A DNA stretch of 64,000 nt from NCBI GenBank assembly GCA_951406725.2, contig OX597817.1:45818001-45882000 (forward strand), read 5' to 3'. The position numbers were made by a program, and so were the translations under genes. The stretch comes from Octopus vulgaris. Taxonomy: Eukaryota. This document shows, one piece after another, positions 39,556-54,531 of this stretch. The first letter of the stretch is position 1. Each line of letters starts with the position of its first letter. The notes beneath the pieces are model-generated. The model had not been told where the DNA came from, did not search any database, and was given only the letters and a program-made list of their open reading frames with translations.

Positions 39556-41434
39556 CATACATACATACATACATATTTATCTAGCATATAAACTATACAT
39601 CACTGCTTTTGTGCGCCTGGGTATTTACATATGTTCCTACAAGAGTGAATAAATGTATTCTTCTCTAACGATAGCTACTAGAGATAAACCATTATGTAGG
39701 TAGACCTACTTGCTGACATTAACACCAGCAGAAATACCTTGTTTGTTTATACGTTATCAATATAAGTTGTTTCATTTTATAACGTTCCATTTGTTCATTC
39801 CGGTGGGCTTTCAGCAAAACAAAAATCGAATTTAATAGTAAGGATCAATATATTTGGTCCATAAATGGATTCTTCGCAATGGCATTTACATTCGTCGATA
39901 CAGGCATTTGACACCGTCATGTTATCGTCTTGTGCAAATCGAAGTTGAAAATAACTAAAGGTTGCATAACGTCAGCAAATATTGGAGAAAATGGATGTGT
40001 ATGAGTTGAATTAAGATGGTAAGAATGAGGGGGAGGGAGTGGATGTATGAGCGAGAAAGAACAATTGGAAAGAAGTGAAAAGAATAGTTAGATACAAGGG
40101 TTAGACAGATAAAGAGAAGAAGGAGAAAAGAACCGTTCAATATTGAAAGTGAAAGTGAAAAATAAAAATGTGACTAAGTAGCAAATAAAAACCCGAGGAA
40201 AAGAAAAGCAGCTTAAGAATTAGTAAAAGATTAAATGAAGGAGTGTTGGAGAAAAAGCCGTCGCGAAAATGTGGTAAGACATTTAGAGAAGTAGCGTGAG
40301 GATAGATAAGAAAGGTCATAATATGACACAGCAGTCGAATAACGGAATTGAGTGAAAGTAGACCTCAGTGGATGAAGATTTATTAGAAAAAAGTGTTGTA
40401 AAAGAAATGGAAAAAGAGCAAATGTAACAGAGATAAACGAGAAATAGAGTGATATAACGGAGAAAGTTAGATTGGAAAATTAGGAGAAGGCTGATGCGAA
40501 GAATGAGAACGTGGAATGGTATTTATTGAAGAATTGATATTAAGAAGAAACTGCAGAGATACGGTTATGATATAGATAAGCAATGAGCGTATGTGTGCCT
40601 GTGTGTGTGACGGAGACAGCGGTATGGGAAAAGAATGAAAGGGAAAGTGAGTGAAAGCCTGAGGAGTGAAGATGGCTTGTTTCTGACATGTTCCAGCCTT
40701 GTATGAACTAATCAATTCCATGTAACTTTTCAGTTAGACATTTTGTTTTAATAGATTTTTTTTTCTCTACTCAAACAATAGCTTTTTTAAAACAATGAAA
40801 CTTTCGATTCGATCTTTGACAGAATGTAGATTATTGCTGTGATGCTGCAATTTCAATTTAGAAGTTTTCTTATATTGTATTGTTTATACTATAGATGGCG
40901 AATACAATAAATCATTATTGAACGAATGCTATTGCATAAAACATATTTATGTCGGCAGACGAATACATTCTTTTAATGGTTAGCTATAAGACAGTGGCCA
41001 TGCTACAGCATTGCTTTGGTCGATCATATTGATCTTAGGAATCCAGCAATTATATTCGGCTACTCCATATTTTACCGTTCTATATTCGTCGAGCCGCTTG
41101 TTACCGGTCATAAAGAGGTGCAGCAAAAAGAACAGTGATTTTAGAAGACATATAGAAACAGTGACGTCTACGCACCAACACGTACGTATACTCTCAGATA
41201 AACTATTCAGCAGCTCGAAAAAACCTCACATACACAAACACATACAACAAGAAACACACACACATACACACACACACACACACTCATATATATATATATA
41301 TATATATAAATATATGCACGCTTATATATGTATATAAATCTATATCTATATCTATATATATATATATATATGTACGAATGTATATATGCATGTGTGTGAG
41401 AGTATGCGTGAACCATGTAAGAAATCTTATATGC

Positions 41435-41473
<39 letters not shown>

Positions 41474-41675
41474 CATGCAAGCATACATATATATGCATAT
41501 ATATATACATGTATATATACATATATATATATATATATGTATGTATACATGTTATATATATACACACACACACACACATATATGTATACATGTATGTATA
41601 CATATAAATACACACACACATATATATATTTACATGTATATAAATATATATTAGGTAAGAAGCTGTCAATATATA

Positions 41676-41794
<119 letters not shown>

Positions 41795-42294
41795 CATGTG
41801 TATGTGTATGTAGATATATATATGTATATAAAATAGATAGATGTATAGTTAGATAGACAGAGAAAGACGGGAGAAAGAAAGAGTGTTTCTGTCTACCAAA
41901 CTCTACACAAAAGGTATTGGTTAACATAAGAGTATAATGGAAAGACACCCAATATTATTCACACATATTTTATAACAAGTAGTTTAATGCTATACTTAAG
42001 GAAGAAGACCGATCTGATAATACAATGCATTGGTGTATCTGATCATAGGTCATTAAATCTCATCTTCTCTAGACGTTACGTTTAGTTCCTGAGCCGAGCA
42101 TCTTCTTATATAAGAACAGTTTGGAGTGAAAGCGAACTTTTAAAACTATGCAGCGACCAACCAGTCAGCGAGAGGTGTTATTCCAATTAATAAGAGCCGT
42201 ATCAGACCATATCAAATTGAGCTACGTGTGCTTTAGCCAACAGGAGTTTTGTGTCCTTGTTGATTTGTCAGGAGAACAAGTTCATTTTTTAAAT

Positions 42295-42472
42295 GTATTT
42301 CAGTCATATATCTGCGACCATACTGGAGCACCAGCTTTAGTGGAAGAAATCGACGCCAGGACTTTTTGTTAGCTTAGTACTTATTCTATCGGTCCCTTCT
42401 GCCGAACCACTAAGTTACGGGTACGTAAACACACCAACATCAGTTGTCAAGTGATGGAGTGGGACAAACTCA

Positions 42473-42513
<41 letters not shown>

Positions 42514-42672
42514 ACACATACACACACATACACATATATAGATACAGGTTCTTTCAATTTCCGTCTACCAAATGCACTTGCAAGGCTTTGGCCGGCCCAG
42601 GCTATATAGTAGAAGACACTTGCTCAAAGTGCTAACCATGTTAGCTTCTAACTACACAGCTATGCCTGCGCC
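42295..42672 (-). mobile_element. SINE group B, near full length
   Basis: The reverse complement of tail, internal (CA)n and head are all recognisable. Confidence 0.82.
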
Positions 42673-43140
42673 CTGAATAACGTAGTATTATAACGTGTTT
42701 GTATGCAATTTTGTTTCAATGGATAAATAATATTAAGTGAGGAATCTTTAAGGACGCATCCTAGCAATTAGGAAGAAGGTTTGAAATGTTGAACTATGAT
42801 GAAACAAAACGTGGTAAGAATATTTCAAAACAATATATAATATAAATCGTTAACTTGATCTCTACAGATGTTCTGTAGAATTATGAGCCAGGATAGGAAT
42901 CAACAACATTTTGCAAACTAATACGTCTATGTAAACATTGCGATGGAAATTAGAAGGAAGAGGTAGCAGGTGTACATGCAATTTTCAAGAGTTATTACAC
43001 TTTCATCAGCACCACATCCAACCCCTGTGAGTGAGAAAGATAAAAATATGCCCGTGCAACAGTGTGCAGAGTTGGGATTCTGTAAGAGCACGAGAGAAAA
43101 CATGTATAGGTGATGGCTGTGGATCGGTGCACAGTTTGCA

Positions 43141-43290
43141 TTGGGGTAAGAAGCTTGCTTTGCGACCACATGGTTTCAGGTTCAGTCCCACTGCAGGGCA
43201 CCTTGGGCTTGTGCGTTCTGGTATAACCTCGAACCGACCAAAACCTTTTGAGCGGATTTGGTAGGCAGAAACTGAAAGAAGCCTGTTGTA
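43141..43290 (+). mobile_element. SINE group B, 5' half
   Basis: GGTAAGAAGCTTGCTT..GGTTCAGTCCCACTGCAGGGCACCTTGGGC..AACTGAAAGAAGCC. Confidence 0.8.
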
Positions 43291-43294
43291 TAAG

Positions 43295-43394
<100 letters not shown>

Positions 43395-43473
43395 TGAAAA
43401 GAGACACACGCGTTGATATATAAGGAAAAAAGTCAAGGTAGGAAATGCTAAAATAATTTTATGAAAAACATTT

Positions 43474-43508
43474 CAGTACCGGTTTCATTCATTGAGACTT
43501 TTCAACTG
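43474..43508 (-). ncRNA. Minimal hammerhead-like motif, U3-A8 variant, about 85 bp from a (TA)n tract
   Basis: Minus strand: CAG-TTGAAAA-GTC(tcaat)GAAT-GAAA-CCGG-TA-CTG. Stem II is imperfect. Confidence 0.5.
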
Positions 43509-43934
43509 TAAGTATGGAAAACGATTAAAGTTTGGAAAAATTACAAGAAAAGTTTTTTAAAAGAATATTTGCATAGTATTCAAATACAAGGGGTATTTTC
43601 TTTGTTTATGTCAGTCTCTGTCACATTTGTTTACTCTTGTGGGGTTGAGGTCGTTGGGAATTCTTGATAGAGAAGAAGAAGAGAAAGAAGAAGAAGAAAA
43701 GAAGAGAAGAAGAAGAGGAAGAAGAAGAATGAGAAGGAGAAGGAGGGGGATGAGAAGGAGAAGGAAGTGGAGGAGGTGGAGAAGATGAAAAAGAATGCGT
43801 GAGTGCCATGATAGTAGTAGGATGTTAACTGGTCAAGTGTCCTGAAGTTGACTTGCAGTGGTGATTGAATTCTTGAGACACCTCTTTTAAATGTAGTGTT
43901 TATAGTATTTGCAAAGGTGCTATGTGGTTCGCAT

Positions 43935-44197
43935 GGCGTGCTAACGTTTTTGCCAGCTTGCCGCCTCTGATACATTAATATTCTTCTCTACTCTAGGTAC
44001 AAGGCTCGAAATTTTGGGGGATGGGTGCCAGTCGATTAGATATACCCCAGTACACAGCTGATACTTAATTCATCGACCGCGAGAGGATGAAATGCAAAGT
44101 CGATCTCGACGGAGTTTGAACTCAGAGGATAAAGACAGACGAAATACTGCTAAGCATTATTCTCGATGTTCGTATGCTTCTGCCTGCTCGCAGCCTT
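43935..44197 (-). mobile_element. SINE group C, full unit plus an extra head fragment
   Basis: gatgaaatgcaaagtcgatctcgacggagtttgaactcaga..gaaatactgctaagcat. Confidence 0.75.
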
Positions 44198-45328
44198 CTA
44201 TACATTATACATTAATATTAATTACTGACAAAGTCACAGTATTTCCTTCTACAAGCATTGTATACGACGAAGTATATATATTACGGTTTTTACAGGACAA
44301 TAAGTTGTCTTAATTTTGCATTGGCAATGTTCTCGTTACTAAGTGTTATGTGATAGTGTGGAAATAACATATGTGCGATGCAGATAAAAGTATATACAAT
44401 ACATACACTCACACATACACACATATACATACATGCACATATATACACCAGTGTATTGTTATTAAACTAAAGTCCTGTAATATTTTTCTAGAAATCTGGG
44501 CTAGGTATATTATAGCCTGTTCACAGCCATATCTGAAGTAGATATTTGTGTGCATGTGTGTGTGTGTGTGTGTGTGTCAACGTGTGTGTTTTTGTATTTT
44601 CTGTGTTATTTTTTTTTCTGTTTGGCATTTACATGTGTGAAATATAAGCACGTTGGTTGATAAATTCTGCAGTCTCTTATAATAAATTCTATGTCTTCCT
44701 CGTATATCAGGACGAATAATGAGATGTGATAAAATTGTAATATGATCTCCACCATCTCACAATGTGAAAAAAAGAAATACTGGATTCCAGTGTCCATACA
44801 CGCAAGGCCACACCGAAGCCAACACCTACTTACAAAAAGGTTATTCGAAGAGAAAGAGACACCGAACGCTGAAAAACAAAAACGTTCAACCACTCGCACC
44901 ATTCAAAGGATCAAGGCTTCATACAAGTGTTCACACCAGGGTGCAGATTGGTGATTCTTTAAATGTACGAGAGAAAGCATATGTGCGTGCACGTGAACAC
45001 ACGTCCACGTCTGTTTCTTTCTGGCTCACATTCTCATTCATATTGTGAATATAAATATTAAAACCTAAAACTAAAAGACAAATAGACCTGGAGTTTCGCG
45101 GCCGTATCAATAATGAGGCCGCGAATGATAAAGAAAGAATTCTGACAATCCTAGCCAATTGTGTGAGTGACGAACAATTACGTTCGCAATCGCTTACTGA
45201 ATCGATTAAATGGTTTACAAAATGAATAATTCAGGCAGTGTATGCGTTTCTTATTGCCATAATGATATTCCCCAAATTTAATATATATATATTTGTGTAG
45301 GTGTATATACGTATATATATATATATAT

Positions 45329-45527
45329 AAGAAAGCACAAAAAAAACACAACAACGCGAGGACCTGGAACGAATATAGTATTATTGGACGCTCAGGAAAG
45401 AAGGAAAGAAAGTGGATTTAACGTTTCGAGCGGAGCTCTTCGTCGGAGACATAGGTGAAGGAAAGATCCAGAGAAGGGAAGACAGAGGAAAAAAAATCGC
45501 CAACGGTACACACACGGTCACATTTTT
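45329..45527 (-). mobile_element. Solo PLE terminal repeat (fourth copy), inside (TA)n
   Basis: Homologous to 38303-38518. The hammerhead-like motif is at 45416-45450 with a weakened stem I. Confidence 0.85.
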
Positions 45528-45662
45528 ATATATATAAATTCTATAATTATGAGCATAATTATAGAACTTTTTATTTAAGTTTACCGATAATGGTTCTTTT
45601 AGCATACTGAACTACTTGGCAACATTATTAATTATTAATTGATTAATTAATTTTACCCTATT

Positions 45663-46010
<348 letters not shown>

Positions 46011-47024
46011 CAAATAATGCATGTGTGCATTATATATATATGTGTGCGTGTGTATGTGTGAGTGTCTGTGTCCGCCTGTATGTGTCTATGTATATACGCA
46101 TACGTGTGTAGACATACCGACTTTACAGCATTCTTGATTCCTGAGAATGAAATACCATTTGGTACTTTCCATTGAAATGGAGTACGTGCGGCAGATGACT
46201 GACAAACCCTCGGCTCTTTGGCATCCAGTTTAGTGGGGAAACACGCTCTATCTGCATTTTAAACAAGTCAGAAACTAACGAAAGACCTTGTCATGGTTCG
46301 GTAGTCTCGTACCAGACTTTAATTTATTTTTATAGAATGCGTTTATTAATTTGTTCATTATATCTATACCAAACTGAGGGTTTGTTTTGTTCGTGTACAA
46401 AATATTTATGTACTACATATGACAATAAATGAGAAAATTCTCTTTTAAGATTGAAGTATAATTAATAACTAGTCATGACGATGTTAAAAACAAACAGTAA
46501 ACTAATGCAAACAAACAAACGAAATATCTGTACATTTATTTAAAAATTACATTAATTACGTTAGACAGATCGTGAAAATATACAAAACAGTTTGCTAATG
46601 CATATCACTATAAGGCAACAAGCTACCATTTCTTAAAAATTAATCACGGAAATATGAAAACAAAATTTTAAGAAAGAAATATGAAAACGAATCATGGAGG
46701 ACGCCCAAGCGTATCGTTGAATTTTAGTAATATAAATATGAATGATGATCTTACTTATTAATGTGTGAGTATGTATGTATATATGTAGGTATATATATAT
46801 ATATATATTTATATATTTATATATATATATATATATTCATATATATATATATATATATATATTCATATATATACATATATATATATATACATATATATAT
46901 ATACATATACATATATATACATATATATACATATACATATATATACATATACATATAGTATATATATATATATGAAAATGGTGAGACAACAAAAGAAAGA
47001 GACCTCGATATTATGTAAATAGAG

Positions 47025-47057
<33 letters not shown>

Positions 47058-47123
47058 TATACATACATATACATACACACACATACATACATAACTACCT
47101 ACGTACATACATACATACATACA

Positions 47124-47154
<31 letters not shown>

Positions 47155-47608
47155 GTATATATTTATACATGTATGTATGTATATTAGAGATATATTACTT
47201 AAGATATGTAAAGATGTATTTCGAGTTTAATGCATTTTAAATCTCAGCTATACCACGATCAAAATCAATAAGTGAGTAATAGATGGAGGAAGTGAATCTC
47301 TTAAGAAATTTAAACATGTGCGTCAAATAGAATGAAATTATTTATGGGTTTACTTGCTGAAGAAGTATGATTAAGTTGATTCATTAAATAGGCAGAGTTT
47401 AATTGAGGTCCGTGTCACTAATTTACAGTCAAACTTTGGAAGATGTATTGTTATATGAATAAGTATGAAACATATGAAATATTGCTAGGTCTGTTCCTCT
47501 ATAAATTTGGAAAAGGTTAAAGACTTAAATTAAACCGTTATCTCAGATACGCAGTTAATGAGTAAGACTCTTCTCTTCTCAACATAGTATTGATTATCTA
47601 AAAATATT

Positions 47609-47750
47609 GCAAATGAGGGTAGCTATATCAAACTCCATGCTTCACCAAGTGCCACATATTAGAGGAGGCTCTTAGTAATAACAGTGTAGCAAAACGGCGG
47701 TGCATCAGCATGGCCATATCTCTGAGCTGAAACTAGAGAAAAAAATGAAA
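47609..47750 (+). mobile_element. Short 3' end of a LINE related to 1-1035
   Basis: Encodes QMRVAISNSMLHQV versus QMRAAASNSLMHQM in the first element. The tail is GGCGGTGCATCAGCATGGCCA..CTGAAACTAG. Confidence 0.8.
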
Positions 47751-48918
47751 CGGCTAAAATGAAAGGGATATAATTTAGTTTGTCGTATATATCCCAAAGT
47801 ATATATTAAGTACAACGATATGTTTTAATATCAAATTTGATTATTAAACTGGTTGCCGATATATTAAACTTTATCATGTGGAAACAATATCCATGCTGAA
47901 ACATATTCCCAACTTGAATTTAAGGATGTACGCACACTTACGAATCTGAATAAATTATCGAATCAAATTAATTTGTTGTTTTCTATCTGTGAGAAACACA
48001 ATACTTAATGCAGTTATTTCATTATGATTATTTCAATCATTGTGAGTAAATTTCATAAATTTCCAATTTTAAATTTTACAAACAGTCTACATTCGAAATA
48101 ACATGTTTTCTTTGTCAAGATCTACGTTCTTGTGACGCTGCATTTATTCATTCTTCATTTAAAATAATACACGAAAATATAAAAAAAAGAACAATTTGAC
48201 TAGAGTTTCTACTTATATTGTCAGCCGATCATTGGAACCTATATCGCAGTTCACTCTGCTAAAGGTATTACTGATAGGTATGCTGCATAAAGAGGCTTTT
48301 CTCTTCATCACAATCATCAACGAAACTTCATAAAGAGGCATGGCCAAGGCCTTCCCCTCACGATATATGTTCTTCTTATATATCATATCTCCTTATAAAT
48401 GTGTGTGTGTGTGTGTGCATGTTTCCACGTGTGTAAATGTGCGTGTATTTGTATGCGAGCACATATTTCACTGTCCGTGAAAGTAGAATCGGAAATACGT
48501 GTTGATAGATTCCATTTGATATGCATAAGAGTACAGTATAACCCATTGAATAACACGCGTAGAAAGAAAGACTCTGGTACATGAACACTGTATTTGAAAA
48601 CGATGAAAAGTTAGATAAATTCTATTATTTTATACCTACGTTTTCTGTAATTACAGTTCTATAATTGTTCATAACATTGTAAAATGTAATGCTAAGTAAA
48701 GTATCTAAAATGGAATGGCATTAAAAAGAAATGATCATATATTTTTTTGTCAACTAAGTTATTATACATAACCTATGTATGTATGGTATCTATGTATATA
48801 TATGTAACTGTTCAGTTTTATTTCAAAATTTCTTGCCAATAGTCAAAGAACCGGTTTCTAGTCTAGATCTAAGACTCCTTCATTGGAATTTCATCACCAA
48901 CAACAGGGTATTTTTGTT

Positions 48919-48950
<32 letters not shown>

Positions 48951-48995
48951 TGTATGTATGTATGTATGTATGTATGTATGTATGTATGTATGTAT

Positions 48996-49365
48996 GGGCA
49001 GGTAGTTAGTGGGTAGCGATTTTCTTCACTACTTCAGGGAGTGACGACCCTGCCTGACACGAGACCCGGGCTCAGCTGGCTCCGGCTGACAGCACTCGGT
49101 ACGGGCCTCTATCCAGGGTTACGGAAAGGAGACAACATTCAAAGAAATCCGGAGTGGAGCCCCGTAGGTGGATTAGTGTTCGACTAGACACTCTTCCGGC
49201 AGTTCCTGCAACCAAGCTGGGAATTCCTAAAAACAAGATCCTGTGTAAGAAAGTTCTCGTTTTAAGTGCCACATACTTTGTAAAGTAGTTATTGGATTAG
49301 CAAAATTATGAGAACGGAACCAAGGGATAAGCCCCGCTTTCCCAGGAATTACTGGATATGTCAGC
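48996..49365 (+). mobile_element. GC-rich structured insert, possibly the 5' UTR of an RTE-like LINE
   Basis: An abrupt GC-rich block between (TATG)n and (TA)n. The 5' hairpin is GGGCAGG..CCTGCCT. The family assignment rests only on resemblance (CCGGAGTGGAGCCCC..GGCAGTTCCTGC). Confidence 0.35.
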
Positions 49366-49484
49366 TAGTATATATGTATATATATATATATAAGAACTTT
49401 TGGTGATGCAATCCAGAAAGATTGAACATGAGTATATATATATATCTATAAGTTTTTTATACCTCAATATTTAGTAGAAGTAAT

Positions 49485-50137
49485 ACAGTGACTCAAGTGA
49501 CGAACGTTTCGTTTATGAAACTAGTTACAGATCGAGAGGTTATGAAATTATATACCAGTGACAATAGTAATTCCCTGGATAGTTCTGGAACACATTATAA
49601 AAAAATCAAAATGTCATGTGGATAATTGATATTTTTCAAATAGTTTGCTCGTTATGCCGTTCAATAAGTAACTATATAAATGGTAAATAAACAAACATAT
49701 AGATAAATACATAAGGAAGTTCTTCAAACGTGTGTGTATATCTATATCTGTGCGCGCGTCCTTGTGTGTATTTTTATGTGTGGGTATTTGTACATTTCTG
49801 TATATGTGTATGTGTGCACACTCATATATATATGTATATATATATATGTATATGTATATATATATATGTATGCATGTACATATATATATATATTTTTGTT
49901 TGTGTGTAAGTACACACATTTTCTCCATTTTCTTTATTTATTGTTGCATGTACTTTTGTGAACAAACTTTTGAAAAATATGAATTATTCACGTGACATCG
50001 TAATTATTTTTATAATTTGTTCTAGAAGAACCTAGGGAAATAATATTTTCCCCAGTGTATAAAGTCACGACCTCTCGACCTGTAATGAGATTGATAGATG
50101 CCAACGCGCGAAACTCTCGGTTCTTGAGTCACTTTGT
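49485..50137. repeat. Diverged inverted repeat (49485-49650 versus 49960-50137), third copy at 51726-51847
   Basis: gtgactcaag..tcgagaggtt..gttctggaa..atgtca..ataatt is reverse-complementary to the right arm. Confidence 0.7.
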
Positions 50138-50144
50138 TTTTTCC

Positions 50145-50186
<42 letters not shown>

Positions 50187-50507
50187 GTACGACTTTAAAT
50201 ATATTTACAAATATTTTCTTAAATAGTCGTTTTAGTTTAAATTCAATCGTGTTTTATGCATTGTATCGCTATTGTCTATTTATATGTATTTATGTATTTG
50301 GGAATTTTATTTCCATTTTATAGAGAATATATGTATTTATATAAGTTTTGGATTCGTATTTCAATTATGTTCGTTTAGACTTTGCCTGCGTTGCCTCCAT
50401 AATAACATTATTTCAAAAATAGCTCACAACGAGTACTACATTTTTCTTCTATATTAACGTGAGTTATTGTTAATAACAAGCTGTAAGTAAACTATATATT
50501 TTATATA

Positions 50508-50723
50508 TAGGGAGAATTCACGAAAAAACCCACAAAAGACGAAGACAGGTGGTGTAGACAACAAACAGATGCATTAATATAAGTAGAAGTGAAAAAGTCT
50601 TTAATGTTTCGACCCTACGCTCTTCCATAGAAAGGAACTCAGAAAGAAATAAAGAGAGAAAATAATGAATGTGTAGTGGCTAGCGATCTATCATGCCGTA
50701 TCATGTGTAGTGGCTACCGATCA

Positions 50724-50727
<4 letters not shown>
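50508..50727 (-). mobile_element. PLE-type terminal repeat between (TA)n tracts with a decayed minimal hammerhead (50599-50634)
   Basis: Minus strand: CTTT-CTATGGA-a-GAGC(gtag)GGTC-GAAA-CA-TT-AAAG. It is related to 63525-63705. Confidence 0.5.
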
Positions 50728-50767
<40 letters not shown>

Positions 50768-51297
50768 GAGAGAGGAAGGGAGAAATGGAGAGTCACTAAC
50801 AGGGAATCATTAATATATTTAATGCTCTCTGCTACATACATATATACTATAAATATATGAGTGTGTGTGTGTGTGTGTGTGTGTGTACATGTATAACTCC
50901 AGGTATACTTACACATTTGTATACGTGTATATGTATGCGTATAAAGACATTGTATTCAATCAATCAGTGCTCGCTTTTGTTTGTGTATAAGTACACACAT
51001 TTTCTCCATTTTCTTTATTTATTGTTGCATGTACTTTTGTGAACAAGAAAAGACATAATAAATAGGCTTTATATAGCTTTTTACATGTGCATTGCAGAGT
51101 AACACACAGCTGTTTCTGATATGCGCGCAATTTTCCATTTACTTAATAAGTTTATTGATCGATTGCATATCATGAATAATCTTTAAAAAGGCTATCATCT
51201 TCGGAGTCAGCTCACCGTAACAAAAACAATAATTATATGGAAAGAGGAGACGAGGAAAAAAAAAGAGGAGAAAGGGAGATAGAGGAAGAGACAGAGA

Positions 51298-51360
<63 letters not shown>

Positions 51361-51566
51361 AACTAGGAAAGGCATGAAGTTGAGGGGAGGTAATCTATAT
51401 GAAACTAGGTTGCTCTATTCTAACCATCTACCTTACTCTGTTGTCTCTTTACGTGGTCGAGTACCAATAAAGATAGGGCATTGAAATTTGACACCCATTC
51501 ATTTCTTTAGTGGTTATCTGTTGGTGAACTATAATATTTAGTTCATTGCATGGTGGTTCCCTACTA

Positions 51567-51721
51567 TAAGAGGTGTGGTCAAAAAGTATCCGACCTTTAG
51601 CCAAAAAACAATTAATATTTAAAAAATCACCATTATGATTTAATCTCCTTCAAAGTATTCGCCCTGGGAGTCTACCCACTTCTACCAGCGTTGCTGCCAC
51701 TGCTGGAAACATTTCTGGAAA
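51567..51721 (-). mobile_element. Mariner 3' end with terminal inverted repeat
   Basis: Minus strand: FQKCFQQWQQRW*KWVDSQGEYFEGD*, then CGGATACTTTTTGACCACACCTCT-TA. Confidence 0.85.
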
Positions 51722-52010
51722 TCACCGGTCGAGAGGTTGTGACTTTATAAACTGGGGAAAATATTATTTCCTTAGGTAGTTCTAGAAGAAATTATAAAAG
51801 TAATTACGATGTCAAGTGGATAATTCACATTTTTTAAAAGATTGTCGGTTCAAAATGAAAGTGTAATAATTTTGTTTATTTCACAACCTTGCTTACTAAG
51901 ACTGTATCATGTAAGTAAAAATGTGCCTGATTTTTTTTTTTTTTGTTAGAGCATTAGTAAACATGAAATCAGTAACCAAGTTTTGATCGGCCCTAACAAA
52001 CGACTACATA

Positions 52011-52069
<59 letters not shown>

Positions 52070-52115
52070 CATATACATGCATATATATATAATATAATAT
52101 AATAATATATATATA

Positions 52116-52172
<57 letters not shown>

Positions 52173-52179
52173 TATAATA

Positions 52180-52220
<41 letters not shown>

Positions 52221-53287
52221 TATATATGTATATATATATATATATGTATGCATGTATGTTTATATAAGAAATGAGAACACACTCAGACACACACACATAC
52301 ACGCACACACACACGCGCGCATATAATTGTCAGCTGTAAATAAGTCTGAAAATACTCACTAAAATATTTTGGGCAGTAATATTTAAAATAGTTGTTGGTT
52401 ATGGGTGGTCAGAAAGTCATCATAGATTTCACGTCTGTTATTGCTTTCAGGATATAGGTAACCTATCATTAGGTTTGTTGTAATCATTGGTAATTGCTTA
52501 TATTAAAGATATTTACATTTAAATAATATATATATATATATAGATTTTCTGTAGGTAAATCTGACAATATGCGGGTTCTGTTTGTATTTACTTGAAACGT
52601 ATAGACCGTGTATTTAAGTAAACATTGATCGTCGTAGTAATTTTGGATGGAGCTTGTTGTAATTTGATATGATATATTTTGTTAATCTGTAGTATTATTG
52701 ACAGGCATGTGCTCGGCGAATTGACGTGTCTTGCTGCTCTCTCCTTAACAATTAATCTATAACATTCTCCGCCATTCAATAGTTTTATCTATCATTCTTT
52801 TTCTCTCATATCTTAACTATCACAACACCATCAACGAACTATTGTGTATCATATTCGCACGAGCAAGGATGTGTTGAATGTGTTTATTTTTGTATATACG
52901 TATCAAGGACGGTTTCCACGGAACGCTTGCGTTAAGAAAAAATCAGGCATTTCTGAGTTTGTCGTAGGTTAGCCTACCCGTTGTTAAATGGATTCCTTTT
53001 GAAATTGTCCATAAATTTATTGGTTTTGAATATGGAATTTTATTTCTGGATTTAAAGAACTGTGTATGGAAACAGCTGTAGGTAGGAATTTCTGTGTATG
53101 GATTTGAATGTCTTTAAATAAAAATATCCGTACATAAATTTCTATCCATTTTCTTCATTTTCTTATTTATAATTTTTTAAATTTAAATACCTATACGTTT
53201 CGGTGATAAACTCTTATGTCTAGTTTTGTCTAGGTGAACTAGGATGCTCGCATCCCTTAAGGGACTTTAGTTACTTGACTAATTAAA

Positions 53288-53338
<51 letters not shown>

Positions 53339-53369
53339 CAGAGAGATAAAGGGAGGGAGAGACGCATAC

Positions 53370-53412
<43 letters not shown>

Positions 53413-53419
53413 CGTATAT

Positions 53420-53515
53420 TAGAAGACACTTGCCCAAGGTTCCACGCAGTGGAATTGAACTCGGAACCACGTGATTGGTAAGCAAGCTACTTACTACACA
53501 CCCACTCCTACGTCT
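53420..53515 (-). mobile_element. SINE group B head
   Basis: agaagacacttgcccaagg..ggtaagcaagctacttactacacacccactcc. Confidence 0.8.
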
Positions 53516-54206
53516 ATACATTTACCGGAATCCTAAACCCCACATTCGTTTGCTCTGCCTGACGCTCGTTAGCCTTTCTCAAATGGGCTGACCGATAATT
53601 CTACTCGTCTTCTATATATGCAAATACGTATAGTGACAGCATATATAATAAACTATAATCATAGCAGAAGTGTGTTTATGGTGAATACATATTTATTTTT
53701 AGGTGAACCTTTATACATGTGTAATTACTTTCGTATAAATTGAAATTCCGTGTCCTCTCATGTTTAAGTGTAGAGGTATAATATTCTGTAACGTATATTT
53801 CTTGCTTTAAGTTATTATGGAAGTAATTGATATAGAATATTTGCAGTCATCTAGTAAAAGAGCTTCATGGAATTGGCTACCAGTAAACTTAACTTTATAC
53901 TAAGCTACTTAAAAGAGAATTTCCAAATCTAAGTGAACTTCCATCATTGATACATTAGTATAATGTTATATACACTAAATTACTTCGGTCGAGTTTAAGA
54001 CCACTGTGATGCTATATACGTTCACATCTTATTTGAAGTAATCTTCGTGTTTGATCTGAGATTTTCAAAGCGTTAGGTACATTGCATCCTACAGTTCTTC
54101 TCGAATATTATATATATGCCTGTGTTGTGTGCGTGTGTGTGTATGTGTGTGTATGTACGTGTTTGTGTTATGATATGTCAATACCTCTGTCACACTGCTG
54201 CCCTAC

Positions 54207-54253
<47 letters not shown>

Positions 54254-54531
54254 AAAAGGGTGAAATATAATTAATTTAATAAAATTAATAAATTTCACCA
54301 AGTAGTTTTATCGGTATGGAAAATACCATATTTGGTAAGGATTATATTAATTATAATAAAGGGTTAATTGCAACAAGTTGCTCAAAACCACATGCCGAAA
54401 ATGTTAGAAATGGCAGCCAAATAGGTAACCATTTCCCCTACTAGTAAAAAAGTCTCCACAAACAATCAGAATTTGCAACCCGTATATGGTAAAGAGAAAG
54501 AAATTAACGAAATCACAGCCTATTTGGATTA

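Noticed and set aside
45080-45130. GC hairpin TTCGCGGCC/GGCCGCGAA followed on the minus strand by GAAA..GTC
   Set aside because: There is no CUGANGA-like core or stem I, so it is not called a hammerhead.
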